A stretch of 62,826 nt of DNA, counting the filler, from Perkinsus olseni (Eukaryota), in the NCBI GenBank assembly GCA_013115125.1. It is 10 parts of 10 records of this genome, joined end to end, with 100 filler letters (N's around TTAATTAATTAA, not from the genome) between each part and the next. Parts side by side here need not be neighbours in the genome. Positions count along the whole stretch, not along the records: positions 56,682 to 62,826 come from JABANN010001122.1; 9 more parts are not named here. The stretch is one strand, 5' to 3'. Of the stretch, positions 58,301-62,826 are shown piece by piece. The position numbers and the translations under genes are program-made. Every line of letters begins with the position of its first letter. The first letter of the stretch is position 1. The notes beneath the pieces are model-generated. The model was not told the origin of the DNA and did not search any database. It saw only the letters and a program-made list of their open reading frames with translations.

Positions 58301-59649
58301 CGGATAACTGAGGAACACGGCAGATGACCATCTGAAAAATTGATATTTGAGTCAGTCACAAGGCAGCACTGTGGGGCCAGTGATACAGCGGTATTTGGGA
58401 GGCACTGTCAGTGCCTCTCTTATATACTCGGAAGCACACCATTTTAAACCGAGAATACTTCCTGCCAAGCCTCATAGTATAGCCCGCGAGCTCTGCTCAG
58501 TCCACCATCGATAGCTCACTCTGTAATCCGGGAACATCGTCAAGGAAGACATATCGGCGAAGTCCAACTTTGCCCGAATAGGTTTCCCCCGACGCCGGAA
58601 GGCCCCCCAGATATCCGCTACACATATCTGGGCTCGCTTATAGAAGAATACCTGATGATACACCAGTCGCGGTATCGCAGTACAGCCCTGCCACCGGTCG
58701 TGCGCACGCCTTGACCACAGTGCATTCGCGAACCGAGAGAGGTCCTACTCACCTGTCGACCGGTGCTACTGTCGATAGCCTGGTCTCTGAAGCCCGGCAG
58801 CAGCGCCGATAATATCCGCATCAACCGCAACGCCGAGCCATCAGCAGACTCGGCTAGCTTCAACGCAGAACCGTTGAAGTTGTCCCGGAGGCAACATGCC
58901 AGCTCGTGGACCAGACGGACCCTATCCTCGATTCTGAGATGACGAGTGCTGACAGCTGGCCTTATCCATCAAGCTATCGTGTATACGGAGGGGGCACTAA
59001 CGGAGCCATCTTGATCTATCTTTGCTTCCGGAAATAATTCACAAAAGATTATCGAACGATCAGTCAGATTGTCGCATCGATAGAGCTATTATTCCTGAAG
59101 ATAGTCAGATTGCATTCTAAGAGACGCCACGACTTTCCCCAGCCTCCTACAGAGGGAAGTCCCGCGGCCTCCATTTATCCTTATCGTCCACTGTCCGGGC
59201 ACCATTGTTGAACCAACCACATATATCATCAGCCGATGCCTCCGCGAGGCTGTCCATCGTACGCCACTGAGAAGGAGAACTCCCAGTCAACGCTCGGGTA
59301 TGGCTGGGCACAGTAGTAGGACGTCCTTGCGTTGTATCAGTCCATAGCACAAAGGGCGCGGTGTCTACGTAGATATCAGACAGAGGGACTCTTAGAAGAT
59401 CTCGCCTTGGATCCATCAGGCCCAGCTAGGGCCCACTTGACGCCGTTCGACAGCTGTTCATATTCAAAGTTACTTGCTGGCCAGAAACAGAAGTTCATAG
59501 AGTCCAGCAGTAGTACGAACCTGAGGCATGCATGGTGCGACCATCATAGAAAGATGACCGGCTAGCAGACCGTCGAATTTTATTCTGCAGAGAACTGCGA
59601 AAGTACAGCGGTGTATCGCGCACAAACAGTGGATGCTTGCTGCAACGAA

Positions 59650-59811
59650 GGGGGTTTTCAATAAACCGATTCCGAAATTCAGAACCGATTCTGGAACCAC
59701 CTTTGACGTGTACCAATCGATTCCAGAATAGATTCTCAGTTTCAAAATTTCCTTATTTGGACGGGGAAAAATCAATTCTAAAACCGACTATGGATCAGTT
59801 CGTCGAACGGG
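59650..59811. repeat. Short dispersed repeat or MITE-like element, related to 23236-23337
   Basis: Shares the terminal motifs TTCAATAAACCGATTC and TCGAACGGG. Confidence 0.5.
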
Positions 59812-61562
59812 TGGTGACAGCCCCCACGCCCACACTGGTCAACCTCCCCAACATTGCTATTACAAGGCGGTAAGCTCCGCTCCGGCGTCCGTGGTAACAT
59901 CAACAACCAAATGGCACTCACACTCTTCCCAGGGTAGTGGCAATATCATAGCGTCTTGACGGAGGGTATCTGCGGAATTGGTCGTCCAGTCGATGGGTGG
60001 AAAACCTTAGCAAGCCTACTTGCGAAGGCCTCGACTGCATCAGAGTTGATGGTGACGTCCTTGGCTGTGTCCACAACCCCTTCAGTGGTAGTAAGTACTT
60101 CATTTTCTGCCACTGACATTGTTATTGTACGCTAACTATTGTACCCTACCAGAACGCGTCATAAGCTACTCATAACCAGACCAGAGACTTCTGTCGAATG
60201 TCACTCTACGTGACTATATGTGTAAGCTGTGTATTCCTGTATTCGGCCTGTTCGATGATGAGCAAGTGCAAAGTGATTCTGGAATCGTTCCTTTTCTAAA
60301 ATGAACTTATTGGGCGACCCAACTGAACCGTCAGGTCCGATAAGTGTGACCGTGTCATCTATTACTCCTAGGTGGTAGCGTCAGTATGGACCTGGAGGGG
60401 GACAACGATTGACGATCGATTATTGTTACACGACGCGTCGCAGCCGTATCTTGCTCCATTTGGAACAGTCATCAATCGTGACTTGTCTCTTTGGTCTCAT
60501 TCTCATCATCCCACACTCGGCAGCTTCCTTTTCTCTCATAACGTCCACAGGAGAAATAAGATCGAGTTGAACGTTGCCAGGCGGTGGTCCTCGGTTCAGT
60601 TTTTACAAATGTCTGACCCTGATGATCTCGGTGATCTCGATTCATCAACGGAGCCCCAGAAGTGGCGGAAACGACATTTCATCTTCTACAAGGAGAGGTC
60701 CTTGCTGTACAGGCTTGACGGGCCTCTATGGCTCATACTGCATGCTTGGCTCATGACCTCAGTGGAGATAAGGGATGATGGGGAACTGGAGCACTTCGTT
60801 CCACTGGTAGTAGGGGGGGATGAGGAGGAGAATGACCTGCCGTTGGCGGCGTTCTGGTTGCATAGAGGACAGCCCTAGGTCCCAGAGTCGAGGCTAATCA
60901 TATTCGTTCCCGCTTCTGGGTTATTTTCCGTCAGCGCTTTGTGTTCGTGAGTTCTAAGTAATTTGTGATCGGCTTTCTCTTCGTCAAACTTCTGCATGGT
61001 GAATGTGTCGGAGTTTAGTATCCCAATGCCTCTCTTCATAGCGCTATTACTCTAATCCCGAGCGGGGCATCGCTCATCGTTGTTCCGAGAACCGTCCGAG
61101 TGTTCAGCTTCGAGTCCAGTGACCTCACTCCCATGACTTTGACGTTGCCAGGTTCTCAGTGGCCTAGCTCATCTCTTGCTGCATCTTATGGGCCATTGGT
61201 CGGTAGCAGCTCGGTGCCTCATAGCCTTCACCCGCCTCCCTTCCTACACCTCGGAGGTCACTTATGTGAAGTAATAATGGGTGATGTCATGATAGGTTCG
61301 CTCTACGTCTTCTACAGACCAGCTAGGGCATCCAGTAATTGTCGAATATCCTAGTTCCGCTCATTCGTGTTGCCGTTTGGCCACGGCTTCGCTCGACTGT
61401 TTATGGTGAAAGACATAGTACGACAGAGTTCTTCCTCAATAGAATCATCGCATGGTATCGTAGATTGACGCCCAGCCAGTGCTAGAAATTTCACGTGGAA
61501 TCGCGTAGGGCTTGATCTCTGATTGGTGCTTGCTTTCTGGTCCAAACTGATCGTTTCTGCAG

Positions 61563-62687
61563 AGTGGTCACATCTGAGAAGTCGTTGCTTTGTCCAATAC
61601 AACGACGGAATGGAGACCAGGTCTGGATTGATTATCAGAGAAAGAAGCTCTTGCTTGACCCCAAGGATGGCACGTTCCATCGACCCAAGTAGTAACATGG
61701 CCTAGCGGGCGGGTTGGGTTCACTGCACCGCTCGAAGAAGAATGAGTAGCGTCGGTACTGCTGCCTCGGATGTGTCGACTATCGTGGCTGTGTAGTGAGT
61801 TCAAAGCGTCGTGCATATTCTCACTGGGTTGGTTGTTCGAATTATGGGGGGTAGATGGCAGGATCATGCTACGCGTTTGTGCTGCCTGAGATAGATTTCG
61901 GAACTCCCTTCGCTGAGCGTAGAAAGTAGTGTTGTGACGTGACCAGGAATGGAACCCGAGACCTAGAGCTTATCAGATACCCTGTCGACCACACACTGGA
62001 TTTCTATAGTAGCAGTCGCGGATTGTCGGAAGAGGAGATCGCTAAAGCGGAGGGTACTTACTTTGACAATACCCTTAATCTGCCTGTAATTCGTAATCGG
62101 AAGGTTCCCGGTTCAATCCCGGCAAGCTGACGTACTCAGGTTCCCAAGTTTCAGGAGCTGCTGCTACAACACGTTACCGCCCCATTCTTTGTCTTCCAAA
62201 TGATATGTGGGCTACTGTGGCTGTTCGATGAGTAAGTCTAGTAGTACATCGAATCTTCGGGTTGAGCTTGTAAGATGCAGAATAGCTCAACGTGGTCCAT
62301 GTTTTATGGCAGTTACTGGTACTACTCTCTGATGACGATAATCCTCTTGGTGATGCTGGAGATCATGACGGTACCCCAGCCTCCCATCTCGCCTCTACTG
62401 GCCAAAGCGAGTCCCGTTGTCAGATAAAGCGGCGCATCAGAGACATGTCCGAGATACGCTCGATCAAACCTCCAATCTACGAGCTCGCAGTGCTTCGAGA
62501 AGGGCGCTGGACGTTCATCCCCTCCAGCCGACTTCTACCGGGGGATATCGTTTGCGTGACTACTAGCAATCCGGTAGCCTTTCGCGGTTGGCCTGGACTC
62601 GTCAACGTCAGCTCCATCAGGTGGTGCCGGCGGACATGCTGATACTTGCCGGGTCCTCAGCGGTGGTGAATGAGTCCATGCTCACAG
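61563..62687 (+). CDS. P5A-type ATPase (ATP13A1/Spf1-like), internal exons only
   Basis: Spliced peptides VWIDYQRKKLLLDPKDGTFHRPK-YPVDHTLDFY...NTLNLP-VPKFQELLLQHVTAPFFVFQMICGLLWLFD-YWYYSL...LLPGDIV...VVPADMLILAGSSAVVNESMLTG, with in-phase GT-AG introns. Confidence 0.9.
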
Positions 62688-62826
62688 GTGGGGGATAGAA
62701 GAGGGAGGGGGGGGGGGGGGGGGGTTGGTTACCGTTAAGGGAGGGACCACCCCAATTATGATGGAATCGAACGTTTATTGGACCCAAAAAAATTGGGCGT
62801 GTCGGGGTGGGAATATGGCAAAAAGC

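Noticed and set aside
1-62826. Spliced-leader RNA gene or relic (CCGTAGCCAT...GGCTCAAG)
   Set aside because: No match was seen by eye, so the Perkinsus-like assignment rests only on gene-family and intron style.

Overview
This is eukaryotic DNA and not one contiguous locus. It is ten short scaffolds (6274, 6264, 6205, 6196, 6184, 6181, 6165, 6160, 6152 and 6145 bp, sorted by decreasing length) joined by artificial 100-bp linkers (44N-TTAATTAATTAA-44N). Short GT-AG introns, a GSYCK...VCQG Cys-rich secreted-protein domain and other secreted-protein families suggest a Perkinsus-like alveolate; this is an inference. The window is dominated by mobile elements. (1) A complete 4.9-kb LTR retrotransposon (158-bp LTRs, CTGTG TSD) sits in a 179-bp satellite, and its Gag carries two CCCH fingers instead of CCHC knuckles. 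(2) A second, partial LTR element has frameshifted gag/pro/pol. (3) A third LTR element has BEL/Pao-type RT/RNase H signatures, a Gypsy-like GPY integrase tail and a proline-repeat Gag. (4) An APE-type LINE is inserted into a secreted-protein gene. (5) A TSD-flanked tRNA-derived SINE has a highly structured body. There are also TIR elements and minisatellites. Host genes are a mitochondrial IscU (5 exons), tRNA-Gly(TCC), four tandem mucin-like putative GPI-anchored proteins, an adenosine-deaminase-like gene, a P5A-type ATPase, a DLEC1-like gene and several pseudogenes. Perfect palindromes with a 1-nt spacer recur across unlinked scaffolds.
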